From: the human T2T-CHM13v2.0 reference genome, Homo sapiens
Assembly (NCBI RefSeq): GCF_009914755.1
Contig: NC_060937.1
Strand: one strand, 5' to 3'
Length of the DNA: 64,000 bases
The position numbers were made by a program, and so were the translations under genes. The notes under the pieces are model-generated. The model was not told where the DNA came from and made no database searches. It worked only from the letters and a program-made list of their open reading frames with translations. Below, piece by piece: positions 48,939 through 62,890 of the stretch. Within the stretch, counting starts at the first letter, position 1; each line of letters begins with the position of its first letter.

Positions 48939-51900
48939 TGAAGAAAATATATAGCTCTAAAGAATTAGATAGCCATACAAAATATGCAAGTGGAATCATA
49001 TTTTGAATTTACTTATAACTGGCTACCCCTAAAGTAAGATTTTAATTCAATGCTTACACTGAATGAACTACAATAAAAATGAATGCATTGAATTACTTTT
49101 CTTGTATAATGTTTTGTTGTATTATGCTTTGGAAATAGGTGCCCTTATTTACATTTGCCAAAAATTTGTATGCGTGAAATGGGTTTTTATGCATATTTTG
49201 TTTTTTTCCCAGTTTGTTACTTTGAATTTTACTAAATTATGTCCAGCAGCTGTCAAATTCAAATCTCTGTTGGATGTGCAATGTCATTTATTATTTTAGT
49301 TACAGGTAAAATTAAAAAAAACACTTTAAGTTATATACAATTTTACACTGCATTTACTGCATATATATTGACGTATATATGTACAGATTAACTATAAATT
49401 ATCTGTTTGCTAATTATTGGAGTAGTTTTGTTACCAAATGTTATGTCAAAGCTGTGTGATAACTTTGATGATGTAACTTAGAACTTACTGACTCATGGAG
49501 TCCATTTTATAAAGAACTTATGTGATTTTATATAGATTGATTCTTACATTTAGGCAAAAACAGGAATACAAGACATATTAGAATTAGCTCTGTGAAGTTT
49601 TTCGTACTTCTTTCATTTCTTTAATTTGTGAGTAGCTGTTAATAAATTTATTGTTATAAGCCAATATCAACAAATATGTTGGTATTTTCCTAAAATAGCA
49701 AAATATTCTAGAAAATTATATCATCCAGAGTAACTTCATCATTGAAGGGTACATTGTTTTCTCATGAACTGCTTTTAGTTTTGGTCTTCTAAAATTTTTC
49801 TGTCATATCTTCAGTGGTACCCCTTCTCCACCTTCCAAAAAGAGAAATAAAACGGCAACAGAAAAACAAAAAACCTAATAGTAGTAATAATGTTTTGGGC
49901 CATGGATCTTTATTTTTTGCCTTTTTGTTCTAGAGAAATTATTTTCTAAATAATTTATTATTCCAACTTTTACAACATAAGATTGCTAATGGCTCATATG
50001 TTTAATTAAGAGATCGTTTCCCTAACTCTTATCCTCTAAACTTTAATTGCTCTTTGCCTAAAAACTCCAAATCATCAATATCTAATTTACATCTTTCTTT
50101 TCTTGGAGAAATTTGGTGTAACCATATTTTTACTCTTCTGAGAGGTTCTCATATGATGGCTATTTTCATTCTCTCTTTTCCATTAATACACACATTTTAA
50201 TCTAGTTTTGATGATGAAAGTAATTATTTATTGAATCTGTATTTCTACAAGTTGAGTCCTGGTTTGCTATTTATTATGTTCCCAGTTGTTTTTAGCCATA
50301 GCAGTCAAAGATTGAAAATACAATTCTTATGTTATTTACTTCTTACTTTTTAGAAGACTTAGTAAGAGATTAATTTTATTCTTCTCTCCCTAAAGAAAAA
50401 TTTACTTTTCTTACGTGGCTTCTTCTCTCCTTCCTTTTGCTGTTCCAGGGTGGCCATAGCTGATGAGCACATTTCTTATTCCTTACTGTAGCTCTTCTAT
50501 TCAGAGGTGTTTGGTCCTGAAGTGATCATTTTCTTTCTACAGTCAGTGACTTTTCCTATTTCTCCCTTAAGAGTCCTCATTGCTTTATCCTTGATTTTAG
50601 GTCTGTATAAACTTAGCTGGACAATAAATTTATCAGGTGTACAGCTCATTTAGTGATTCTGTTCTGAACTACAGCAATACTTTCATATTCTTCCTACTTA
50701 TTTGTGAATATTTATCCTTTATTATGTCATTTATTAACCTATTTTCTTTCTCTGCAGTCAACTTAGAAATCTTTTATAAAATATTTGAAATATTTTACAG
50801 AAAGAAGCAGGATAGAATCACTAAATCTTTTGGAGATTCTGGTATTTCTTTTCTCCTACTTTTATAATCAAGTGGTTGTTGACGTTTTATGAATTTGCGT
50901 AGGTTACTATAACAGACATCTCTGGATCATGCACATTATGATCAGCCTTTCTTCTTTATCTGCATAAATAATTAACTTAGTTGAGAGAAATATCTCCTCG
51001 AAATATAGAGGCCACCAGCTTAACATATCTCAACCTATTTCTATTTTAAAAAATATTTGTGTGCATATAGATGTAAAAAAACCCTGAAGAAATATAGTCT
51101 GTGTTGCTGTCAGTACATGCAATGTAGAGTTCATATAGAATTCTCTTAGCCCCTGAGAGTATTGAAAGTGTTAATGTTGGGGTCTTTGAGTACTTTTTAA
51201 AAATTTTGGTAAGAGGAAACTGTAACAAGTTTTAAGTCAAAAATGTACAAAATTATCAAAAAACAAAACATTCACTGTACCAATAAGAAGGTAACTGTAA
51301 CTGATAAGTCATACTAGAAAAATTAAAGGGCTGCAAAGCTGCAGGGAAATGGTTAGAGAGGCCTTAGCACAATTACACTATGGATTGTGGAATTTTTAAT
51401 TTTTTAACTTGTGCACTATATATGTGCACTACAATTTTTTTTATTGTGAAATGGTATTGTATCTTTCATTAAGATTTATGTTTGTATTGCCACAAGATTT
51501 TGGAAAACTCTTGTTTTCCTAAATGTAGCAGTGATCATTTAGTGAAGATTTTTTTAAACTAGTTTGTAGAAAAACAGTCAAAAAAGCCTGCATATAAGCC
51601 AAAAGCCTTTGTAGAAAATTAGTTGCTTGTGTTGTCTTTTAAAAGTATAAGCATAAATCATTAAATAGAAAGCATGATATATGAAGTGACTCGATGACTA
51701 AGTTAATACCTTGTTGTATGGAAAATTAAAATAAAAATCAAGTTAATACTTTAAATCTAAGTGTTAATGTTTTTCTCATGAAATTTAGAAATTATTTGCC
51801 TTAAATTTGTCAGTAGACCAAATATTTATTTCTCCTTTTCGTGTGGATATGTATTTTTACTTCCAGAACATACTCAGGGAGTATATTTTTGAAATATTTT

Positions 51901-54782
51901 GAAAGTATTAATGTTGTGGTCTTTGAGTACACATTTATATGGCCAAAATTGTGTTTCGATTATGATTAAATTCTAATTATCTTCAAAATGATTCATTAAA
52001 CTTTTGTTGTCATCCCTGATTTATTTGTTCTAGCTAGATTTCACCTGTATTTTTTTTTTTTTTGGCTGTCTTAAGGTATTCTATCTTAATTTGATGTCTT
52101 TATTGCAGTGAACTTTCTAGTTAACACACATGAGATGCACAGCTTATTATTAACTGGATAAATGCTCTTATTTATCTCAAAAAATGAGTTCTTTGAACAT
52201 TGTAGGATTTTTCTTATTTTAGCAAAGTAAATGAAACATTATGGAGTCTCATGTTTCACTAGTAAAATTATATATGGAAAACAACAGATTATTTTCTATT
52301 TCCTACCACTGTATGAGAAAACATTAGGGGCAAAGAAAACCTGCTACTTGTGTTTCCCACAGGCCCTTTCCAAATTGCTTCCTTTAAACTCTAAAACGAA
52401 TTCCAGGAAACCAGTAAAAAGATGCCACAGGCAATTTGGAGGCTTGTAAAATACTCTGGTGCTGCTGGTCAGGCAAACTTTTTGTGTTGTTGCTTCTGAA
52501 TTGCTCTCCTAAACCTGGGAAAACATTGTTGGGTCCTCATTTTCCATATATATTAATGACCTGAATTATATTGAGACTTTTATATCATAAGAAGTGTTTT
52601 ACAGTGTGCTAATGTCTAAACTTTCTTTTTAAAAGTTCATAGTATCTGCTTCTTGGTATCAGGAAATGATCATTGTTCAGCTATTATTTCAACTAGAAAA
52701 ATGATTATTGTGTAGGTAATTGTTAGTTCTAAGACCTTAACATACAATACACATCATCTTGGCCAGTAATTCTGGAAGGTGATAGGCAAATTGTTATCGT
52801 CTTTTAGGTGAGCATCCTATCTTAAGTGTTTTTCTGTAGAATACTCATTTATTCAACAAATATTCATTATGTATCTAGTACATCTCTTAGTTGTCGGGCA
52901 CTGTTCTAGGTGAGGGTATATGTAAGTCTATAAAACACAAAAATCCCTGCCCTCTGCACAAAGATAAGAAAGTCATAGTTTTTATTATATGAAACAAACT
53001 GAAATATCTAATTAGGGTCTGAATTCTTCTTGAAGCTTTAAACAAAATATGAGTAGAGAAAATCTTACTGAAGTTTTAATTTAAATAATTATAGGTTATT
53101 ATTCCATATTAGTTTAAAGATAAAATTAATGTGGAAGAAGAAAGCATAACTTAAAGAATTGTATCTCTTTAAAAAGTTCTTATATATTTTATCTATTTAA
53201 AAAGTAAAATTTGTTTTTAGGAGGGTTTGGGTTCTTTTTTTATGATAATTATATATATTTTCATGTTAGCGTACTTTAAAATGAAGAGCTATCAATCTCA
53301 AGTTTTAGTTTTGAAGTAACTTTGTATACAATTTATTTTATAATGTCATCCTGGGAAGCACATTTGAAAGTTACCTTTTCAAATTCAAATAATATTAATA
53401 AGCTATAAATTATTCCATCACTATTATAATATTAAAAAGAAAAATAGAACCTTCCATAATTCTAATGAGGAGGGTGATGGAGAGTTGTGATACATATAAT
53501 CATGAGTTTAAAATGAGTCCTAGATAAAGGTCGTGTTAGTAATTTTAATGGCATAGTTATAAAATTAGGCTCCATCTAGTTTTATTTGATAATAAAATAT
53601 CATAGTAGATATTAAAAAGGATAATTCTTACAAAAACCATTGACCTCAAAGGAGGATTAGAATTATGTAACAGTGTGGTTTTGCCAATTAGTATTTAGTA
53701 AACAATACAAGCACCTATGTGACCCTAGTCCAGAAGATTTTTCATTTTTACTGATAAGTTCTTAAATAAGTTTGCAGTTATAATTTTTCATACTTACTGG
53801 TTAAGGTCACTGAAATACATCTTCTTCTACCACACATATTTTGGGAAACTTTCAGAGATCACCATGTGAGCAGTGCTCATTTTCTTTTGCAATATAAACA
53901 ACAGTAAATCAGAAGGAAACTGTATGGCTAGTTTAGCCCCATTTAAGAACATAATTTTCAAATCATGGTACATGGAACTTAGGGATTCCATGCAGTATCT
54001 TTAAGCTTTCTTTTAGTAAAGTTTGGTTGTGTTAGATGGAGCTTTATTTATTTCTTCCTCATCTATCACCCAGCCTTTTACCATTTTTGTGGGAGGTTGC
54101 GGATTATACAAAAACACTTTGCTGGAGATATAAAAACTGCTGACACAGAAGGACAGAGCATTTATTCATAAATGTATTCCATATGCATAAATGTTACCTT
54201 AAAATTCGTTCGTATCTAACTCTTAAATCCAAATTCAGTTTGTGATAGCTAAGCCTAACGGAATATTATGAAAAACTTGAGGTTTAGTTTTGATCTAGCT
54301 ATATTATTCAATGGGGACATTTTAATTGACCATTTAAATTAATACTAAGAAAATAATATGCTGTTTTAATAATCTGTACAAAGTATTGTTTGAATTCTAA
54401 TATCTGATAATAACATATTATAATCTATTTAAACTATATGTAAAAACATATTTAAAAGGTTTCTGGGTATTCTGAGTTTTCCTTTATTGAGTAATGAAAA
54501 TATAGATTATGTTATTATTTCATGTTTCATTTTTCTGATGGTGAAGTAAATCCCAAAGTGAAATAACATGACACGATATTACCTAACACATGCCGTCACT
54601 CTTTTTAAAGTTATTTTAATAATAATGCATCTGTTTCTAACTTTAATTACAATTCATAAAATAATTTAAGCCTCAAATTATTTAACTATTACTAAGTGGA
54701 CATTAGTTCCACTTCATGGTTAAACAAATTTGGAAAATGCTAGATTAAAAATATTAAATATTAGGTTAGCATAACTATTTGA

Positions 54783-55163
<381 letters not shown>

Positions 55164-55294
55164 TGAATAATACCAGAAGCTATTACATTAATCTTTTATC
55201 AACTAAATCTCCCCTTTATTAATGGTAACCTAAAGTATGGACTTCTGAATATATGGCATTGGTTAATTAAGAAGTATATTTATGATACTTTACT

Positions 55295-55374
55295 TGTATA
55301 TCCAATATTATATAATAGATTGATTTTTCATTCATGTATATCCAATATTATATAATAGATGGATTTTTCCTTCA
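55295..55374. repeat. 40-bp tandem duplication
   Basis: tgtatatccaatattatataatagat(t/g)gatttttc(a/c)ttca twice. Confidence 0.9.
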
Positions 55375-55380
55375 GCATAG

Positions 55381-55381
<1 letters not shown>

Positions 55382-55413
<32 letters not shown>

Positions 55414-55693
55414 AGACGGAGTTTTGCTCTTGTTGCCCAGGATGGTGCAATGGCACAATCTCGGCTCACCACAACCTCCGCCTCCTGGGTTCAAGCAATT
55501 CTCTTGCCTCAACCTCCTGAGTAGCTAGGATTACAGGCATGGGCCACCATGCCCAGCTAATTTTGTATTTTTAGTAGAGACAGGGTTTCTCCATGTTGGT
55601 CAGGCTGGTCTCGAACTCCCGACCTCAGGTGATCCACCTGCCTCAGCCTCCCAAAGTGCTGGGATTACAGTCGTGAGCCACCGCACCTGGCCT
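55382..55693 (-). mobile_element. Alu (Sp-type)
   Basis: Long poly-T, antisense dimer, TSD tccttcagcata. Confidence 0.93.
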
Positions 55694-56959
55694 CCTTCAG
55701 CATATTCTTAAGGAAGCATCATCGGTGAGAGCCACAACTGAACGGGGCTGGAATTGTTCAGGTGATCTTATTTTTCCCTTTGATACTTATGGTTCAGTAG
55801 TCCTAAAACTTGTTCTCCTGGAAGTGCAAATTTTATCTTTTCATTTACTTTACTTATAGATACTTTTAAAGCTATAATTTTAGACTGTCCTGAATTTTAC
55901 CATTCTTTCGCAAATATATGTAGAAGACTTGCTAATATACTCAGTGCACAGGAAATAAAGTAGTAAAATAAGTGGATCTGAAGGATATTTTTGTTTTGTC
56001 TTATTTCTATGGTCTCAGAGATGTTAGTCTTCTATTGGGCATGCATCTTGACACTCATGTCAATATATTTTAAAAATTTTGTACAAATTGAAAAGGCATC
56101 CTTGTTGAATACACACACACACCTGTTTCAGTTTCTGGTGAATTTCTGAGCTTCTTTCATCTGCATCTAAAAAAGCAGAAAAATAATATTGCTCATTTTA
56201 CCATAGACTTTATTCCCTTTCAGATGGAACTCCCTCAGTGCAGCTTCTCTCCTTTATAAGTCAGTGATGGTGAACCTTGATGGTGATGGACTAAAAGTGG
56301 ACTTATGATACATATTTGATTGCATACCATAATGAGTTGTCAGTTGTTCATTCTCTTTTTAAATCCTATGTATGTCTCTACTTAATACTATTTCTCTTTA
56401 GTCTTACTTTTATCGTCTTATGAGTCATCTCTCAATTTCCATTGTTTCCTAAACATTATATCCTTTTGGCCTTTTAATTTTTAAATTTCTTTTTCTTTTT
56501 ACCTCTGGTGAGTGGTATCTTTTGATGTATATGGGCTACCCTTACTACTGATCTTAATTTATTGAACTTTACTGGACCTGTGCTGTTTATTCTAGCATCG
56601 TGTATAATGGGTTTCACTGTCATACCTCTAGTAAAAGAGTGGAGTTGTTCTGTTTCCCTGTGAGAAATATTCTGGTATTATAGAGCTTCCAGCTCCATTA
56701 AACTTGGGAACCACTGGCAAGAGTTTTACATTTTGGCTTGAAATAACTCTTTTAGTAGCCTGTCATTGGCTGAGAGCTCCATTCAGAAGGGAAAGGAAGT
56801 ACTACAACAGTGAGTACATTTTATTTGCCTTAAAAAACTCATATAGTTTAATAAGAGTAAACATAATGAAGAGGTTCTAGTAAACAACCCAGACCATCAT
56901 AAGAATACAAAAGTTATTATTTTTTTGTACATAATTATTCTTGCCTCATCCACCCTGCT

Positions 56960-57220
56960 TGGGGTTTTCTGAAGTATGTTCTGAGGACATTAGTTCCACT
57001 TCATGGTTAAACAAATTTGGAAAAATCTAGATTTAAAAAAATTTAAGTACATTTTTTGATTACAGGACTTCTTTGAGTCAATAACAAGTTAATATGTATT
57101 TTAAATCTCCAAGAGAGATATATAATGTATGTGTTTCACGAAGTTATTTTCTCATGGAATTTTTTTTCCTGTATAGAACCTATTATACAATGTCTACAGG
57201 AAATACTTGGAAACCATCTT
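56960..57220. mobile_element. Old hAT/Charlie-type DNA transposon relic (MER103-like)
   Basis: acaggacttct...aatctccaagagaga...gaagttatttt pattern; family tentative. Confidence 0.45.
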
Positions 57221-57830
57221 AACTATTTGTTTTTATCTTTCTAGTTTTTACATTTCTCATTCATAACATGGGTAAAGATTTATCTCTGGAATACATTGTT
57301 TTAGAATTTCCAAACCTCTACTAATATGGTATTTTTATGTTATTAATAGAGATTAAATATATAAACAGCAATTTTTCCTCAATCACATTCCAAGCCTCTT
57401 CCTTTCTGTGAGTAGAAGACAAAATATATTCCTGAAATTTTGTCCCTTTTAAGTACTTGTGTCATTAGTAATACTATTTTATTGCATACAAATATTTTAT
57501 TTTACATATAATTATATACAACTCACTGATCTTTTAATTTTATTTTAACTAATTCTGGAAACTTTTATGTATTAACTTTCAGAAATTGTTATTTATGAAG
57601 ACTCCCATTATCGTTTTTGTAATATAGCTGTTTTTTTTTTTTTTGTGATTCTTACCTTATAACCTACATGAAGTTTATATGTCCCAGCAGTGAGGTATTT
57701 TCATCATTTCTTTGGGTTTTGTATTTGTTATTCCACAATAACCTAGTCTAAGCCAAAACCTGAAATTCCTTTTTTTTTAAATTTTTTTCTGTCGTTAAGC
57801 TAGCATTGGCTACTAAATCAAAAAAAGTGT

Positions 57831-58150
57831 TGGGTTGGGCATGGTGGCTCATGCCTATAATCCCAACACTTTGGGAGGCCGAGACAGGAGGGTCATTTGA
57901 GACCAGCTTGGGCAAACATAGCAAGACCCTTACTTTACAAAAATAAAATAAAATAAAAAATTAGCCAGGTGAGGTGGTATGAACCTATAGTCCCAGCTAC
58001 TGAGGAGTCTGAGATGGGAGGATTGCCTGAGCTCAGGACTTCAAGCTTGCAGTGATCTATGACTGTACTACACTCCAGCCTGGTCAACAAAGCAAGACCA
58101 TATCTCTTTAAAAAAAAAAAAAAAAGAAAGAAAGAAAAAAGAAAAGAAAA
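57831..58150 (+). mobile_element. Alu (J-type)
   Basis: Degenerate dimer with A/GAAA tail. Confidence 0.88.
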
Positions 58151-60394
58151 AATTGTCAAAACTAGTAAATTCCATTGGGTATGTGTACATTTTTAAATGG
58201 AGAAGAGGCCTCCTAAAAGACCACAATTTCTACTTTGTGTCAACATTTATATTGCTCTTTTATTAATAGGCTACTGTGTTGTCTCTGAAGCCTTTGAATA
58301 GTATATTAATTCATTAAAAGCTTGTTATTCAGAACCTTCTAAAAAACAAACTCTTATTAGTACTTAACTGCTCTTGATCTCCTATTCTTACTTTCCTGAT
58401 ACCAGTTGATAAATCAGATGAGCTGTGATACTCCATATCAAACTCCAGAGCTCACTTGAGAGATTTCAAAGTGAGTTCATGCAAAGGAACTCTATAAATA
58501 ATCAATAGATGTATACTATAAGTACCTTCTCTTTTAAATCTTGATAGTATCAGAATTTTAAGTTAGTATATGAACTGGGTTGTTAGCTAAAACAGTGGAA
58601 GGAGATCAGTAATTATTTATTGAATGATGGTATATTCCTGGTGGTCACCTTTATTACTGAAAAGTCCTTCTTCAGACACCAAGCCTGTACATGACAGTTT
58701 AATATGATAGCTTTTCAACAAATATTCTGAGTTCTTTTTGTACCAAAGCTACTTTAGAAAAATAGATGGGTCTATATGCTCAAGGGATTAAAAGGATATA
58801 AGAGAAGTAGAAGGTATGTTTTCTTCCCTTCAGAAGCCACCTAATATTGTTAAGGCTACCATGACACTGAGATGATACCAGTCTGGGAACCATTGCTGGC
58901 ATGGGTCTTGATTATAGTTTTACATGATAACAGCATGTTAAGTGAATGAGATAATTTAGGAAGTAATTCGGGAAGCCCAATATAGACTTTTCAGAAACTT
59001 CTATTTAACAGCCTTTTATTGGCATCTTTTATCATGTCTGATTATGTTCACTTTTCCCAGATTGTGTAATTAGGAAATTAGGGTCAACCCTCTTGGTCAT
59101 GATTATTAAAGAGTTTATTATACAAAGCAAGATATTAGAAGTCAGTTTAATTTTAGTTCAGTATGATTCAAACTGTAAAATTTAGGGACATGTAATTTTA
59201 AGTGTTGGTAACCATTTTTTTGGTACCACTTAATGAATGACTTAGGACACTAGTGACCATCTTATCTTGAAAAGACTTAATAAGGCTGAAAATAATGTGG
59301 AGAATGTACACGAATGTATTTTTTTCTCAAGGTGATCAGATAATATAAATATTATTATTAGGAAATCATGAATTTGACCATCAGTACCCAAAAGAATGTT
59401 AGACTTGATTAGATTCTTAGAATATGAAATTGAAGTATTAAAGCAAATGGAAAAAGGAGACATATCAAGGGGTTGAGAGTATTGGTACTTACTCTAAATT
59501 TTCAGTCTATTTTAGGTGAACTGTTTATTCTCTTCCTTTTTGTTCTTCCTCTGTTTCTCTCTTTTTTCTCTTTATCTAAGCTCCTCCTCCTCATTCTCCT
59601 CCTCTTTTATTTTGTTTTCTATGTGTTTACCTTTTTATTCATCTTATGCGTGTCATGTGGCTTTTATATAGGTTGCATATTTTCCAACTCAGGACTAGTG
59701 CTCAAATGAAGTCTAAATAAATAGAGCATCATTTAAAGTTTAGAAAGCCTCTAAAAGCTTTGGGCACAAATACATTGACATACCTGGTTGATCTTTTGTA
59801 TGCCCTGATTATTGTAAATGCTTGCTTTGTACTTGGCCATACTGGTGGTGGTTCTCATAAATGGAAAGACTTTTAGAGACTGACTTGTATTGGAACTTAT
59901 TACAAAAAGATCTAGAAATGATAAAATATTGATCATATGCCCAGTCCATTTATGTTGTATTCTTTAGAAATTAGCAAGGGAAATAAAATTTCTCATTAAA
60001 TACATTTAAAACTCATTAGAAACATAAATAATTAAGATGGGAAATTAAAATATGTAATTCATTTAAGAAAAAGTAAGGAACTAGAGACTAGAAAGTCTAA
60101 ATTTTGTTATAGAAGTTTAATTATAAAAGCCTACATTAAAAAATTTTAGGCATAATTTAGAAATAAAAAATATATATCTCAAGGTGGTGATGATACACTT
60201 TCCTATTTATTGAAAATATTTAAAGTGGTCATGAAAAGACTGAATATGTGAATTTCCTATCTATTCTAATGACTATACTTACATTAATGAAATAGTCATT
60301 GAGAGAACATGATTAAGATAGGAAAAAAGTGGTCATACCAGGCTGCAGGTAGATTTGGTGTCTTGATTCTTAGGCAGTTTTCAAAATAATTTCA

Positions 60395-60702
60395 GGGTAA
60401 ATTAGCAAAATCAACCCTTCCTAAGTTTAAGGGAAAAGTTATTTTTAAAAACAACTTAATAAAAACTTACACTCTTTTATACAAGAGTGTATTTCCTCTT
60501 AATTAGGATGGATGTTGATTAAACTCGAGATACAGCTTTTTGCAGTATGGTGGGTTGGTTTTGGTGTAACGTCTTCAACATGTCGCACTGGCTATCAAAG
60601 AATAAGAAAATTATTGAGTATGAGTGTGTTTTATAAACTTTCTGAGTTTTTCAGATGTCTTAATATTTTTAATAGAACTTAATAAAATGTCTAGATTGAA
60701 AA
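60395..60702 (+). pseudogene. 5'-truncated processed retrocopy of an mRNA 3' UTR end
   Basis: TSD AAAATAATTTCA at 60383-60394 and 60703-60714; AATAAA at 60681-60686 then an A run from 60699. Confidence 0.8.
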
Positions 60703-61084
60703 AAAATAATTTCAAAGTTTTGACAGAAACTGCTAAGCAAAATTTTTAAGCAAACTGCTTTAAATAATTTTCATTATAAAAAATGTTTTATATTCTGAAA
60801 TGAGAATTACTATACTTTGAGGTTGCAATGAATTTCACATAAATGGCAAAGTATAACCAAAAAAAATCTCATGACATTGTTCACCACTTTTGCCATTCTT
60901 GGACCCAAGGCTGGAAAACATTTTCAGACACTGTGCTTTATCCTGAAAGGATTTGGTGAAAAGGGATCTCTGAGGTGAATATCTGCTCTGCTTGGCCTTT
61001 GAGAGAAGGGGAGTGGGCAAGGCTGGTCTTGGGCAAATTACTTCCACCTCCCTTTTTGCCCCTGCTTCAGCTCCAGGGGAGCTG

Positions 61085-61255
61085 GAAATGCACAGGAGGA
61101 GTCAGAAGACCTGGGTTCGAGTCCTGGCTCTGCCACTTACTACCTATGTGACTTTGGGTAAGTTACCTAATATCTCTGGGTCCCAGTTTCAGTACAGGAT
61201 TGTTGTGAGAATTAAATGATCTATGTAAATGTGCTCTATAACCTCCCAAGAGCTA
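61085..61255 (+). mobile_element. MIR
   Basis: gacctgggttcgagtcctggctctgccacttactacctatgtgactttgggtaagttacctaa core. Confidence 0.85.
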
Positions 61256-62299
61256 TAGAAATATAAATTCTTATTATCATAGGCTTAGCCTTCTTCTCCC
61301 CTATTCTGTAGTCTATTGTCCTCAAATATCCCTTTTTAAAGCAAGCCAGAATGACTTAACTACTTTTGTTTCTCCCTATCTCCTCTTCATATTGAAAATA
61401 TTATTTCTATCCTCTGTCTGATAAACAGTTAAGTATTCTAAGAATGTAAAACCCAGTTGGTTAAATTAATCTTCACTATACAGAGTGGATTATTATGACC
61501 CCTTCTTAACCTTCCCACTCTCACCTTTCTTCTTTAATATTCCCAGAATTATGTGCTTAGAAACATCAAAGAATCTCTAATGCATGAAAATTCAGACAGT
61601 GTTGAGGAGAAAGATTTTGGCAGAGGGAAGTCCCTTGAATCCTGTTTCTTAGCTCACTGCTCCATTAGTTAGTAAGGTTGACTGGGAAAATGGTTATATA
61701 AATGTGCCTCTAGTCCATTCATTTTCTCTGTGGGAAAGGAAATGGAAATAGTTCAGAGTTAAAAGTTCTTCAGAGGTCTCACTGAAAGCTTAACCTGAGG
61801 AGTATAGTAGAGGGAAGACATAAGAATTTGGTGGCTATTTGTTTGGTCAGTGCTTTGAATATTATCTGATTTGCCTCAGCTTCTCAGAAATTAAGTCCTA
61901 GCCCACCCTCAGCCAAACTAAACTTAAAATGCTATCTTTATTGGGTGCTCAGTTTATAGAGGGTGCTTGCAGCTAAGGAAGAAAGAGAACTTGCCTTCTG
62001 GATCACACCTGGGTTCTGATCAAGGGATTTTTATGAGGGCATAAGAAGAGCTTGTCACTGTACTTGTTCCAGTCCTCTCCAACAATCTAAGAATGCTTGG
62101 TCTGACTATCTGTAAATAATAGTAATAATAGCCACTTACATGAGCCGCTTGCCATTAATGCCTAATTACCATGGAGCATAATAACAATTACTCATATCAT
62201 GATTAGATTACATTATTAAAGATTTTTTTATTTTGTTTTTTTAAGCCTTGAACCATTCACTTATGCTCAATATGGTTTCTTGCTGAAGTAGCAGTGTCA

Positions 62300-62890
62300 T
62301 CTTTCATAACTAAAAATTAGAGGAAAATATGGTAGAAATCAAATGCAAATTGAAACAGTAAAATACACTTTGAAATTTACCAATTAGTGGAAAAAATGAA
62401 ATCATAATACTTACGCTGGCAAGGATGCAGTGATATGGGTACTCTTATACATTGCTGATGGTGCTGAAAATTAGTATGATCCTTTTGATTATTTTTTCCC
62501 AACACTTAAAAATGTTCATAACTTTTAAACCAGTAATCCCATAGTTGCTAATGTCTCCTAGGGAAATAGTAGAAGAAAAAAGCTAATTGCTTGGAGATTA
62601 TCATTGTAGGATTATCATGGTAGTGAAAAACCAGAAGCTACTTAAGCATCCAACAGTAGGAGAATGGTAAATTGTCATTCATCTGCTGGATGAACTATTA
62701 TACACCTGTGATAAAAAAGATCATTACAAAGGCTGTATGAGGAATGTATATAAGTGATTAAAAGCAATTTATAGCTTGAAAAGACACTCAAGGTAGTGGT
62801 GGTTTTAGAGTCAAGTCTCTGGGTATGTGTATTCAATTTTATAAATGTTCTGTAATTTTGGATTACATTTTACTTTTAAAAAGTAAAAGG
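62300..62890 (+). mobile_element. Old L1ME-type 3' fragment
   Basis: aaatgcaaattgaaacag...gctggcaaggatgcag...catccaacagtaggagaatgg. Confidence 0.65.

Noticed and set aside
59473-59709. Hydrophobic ORF resembling a membrane protein
   Set aside because: Produced by CT/T-rich low-complexity sequence, non-ATG start, no exon signals.
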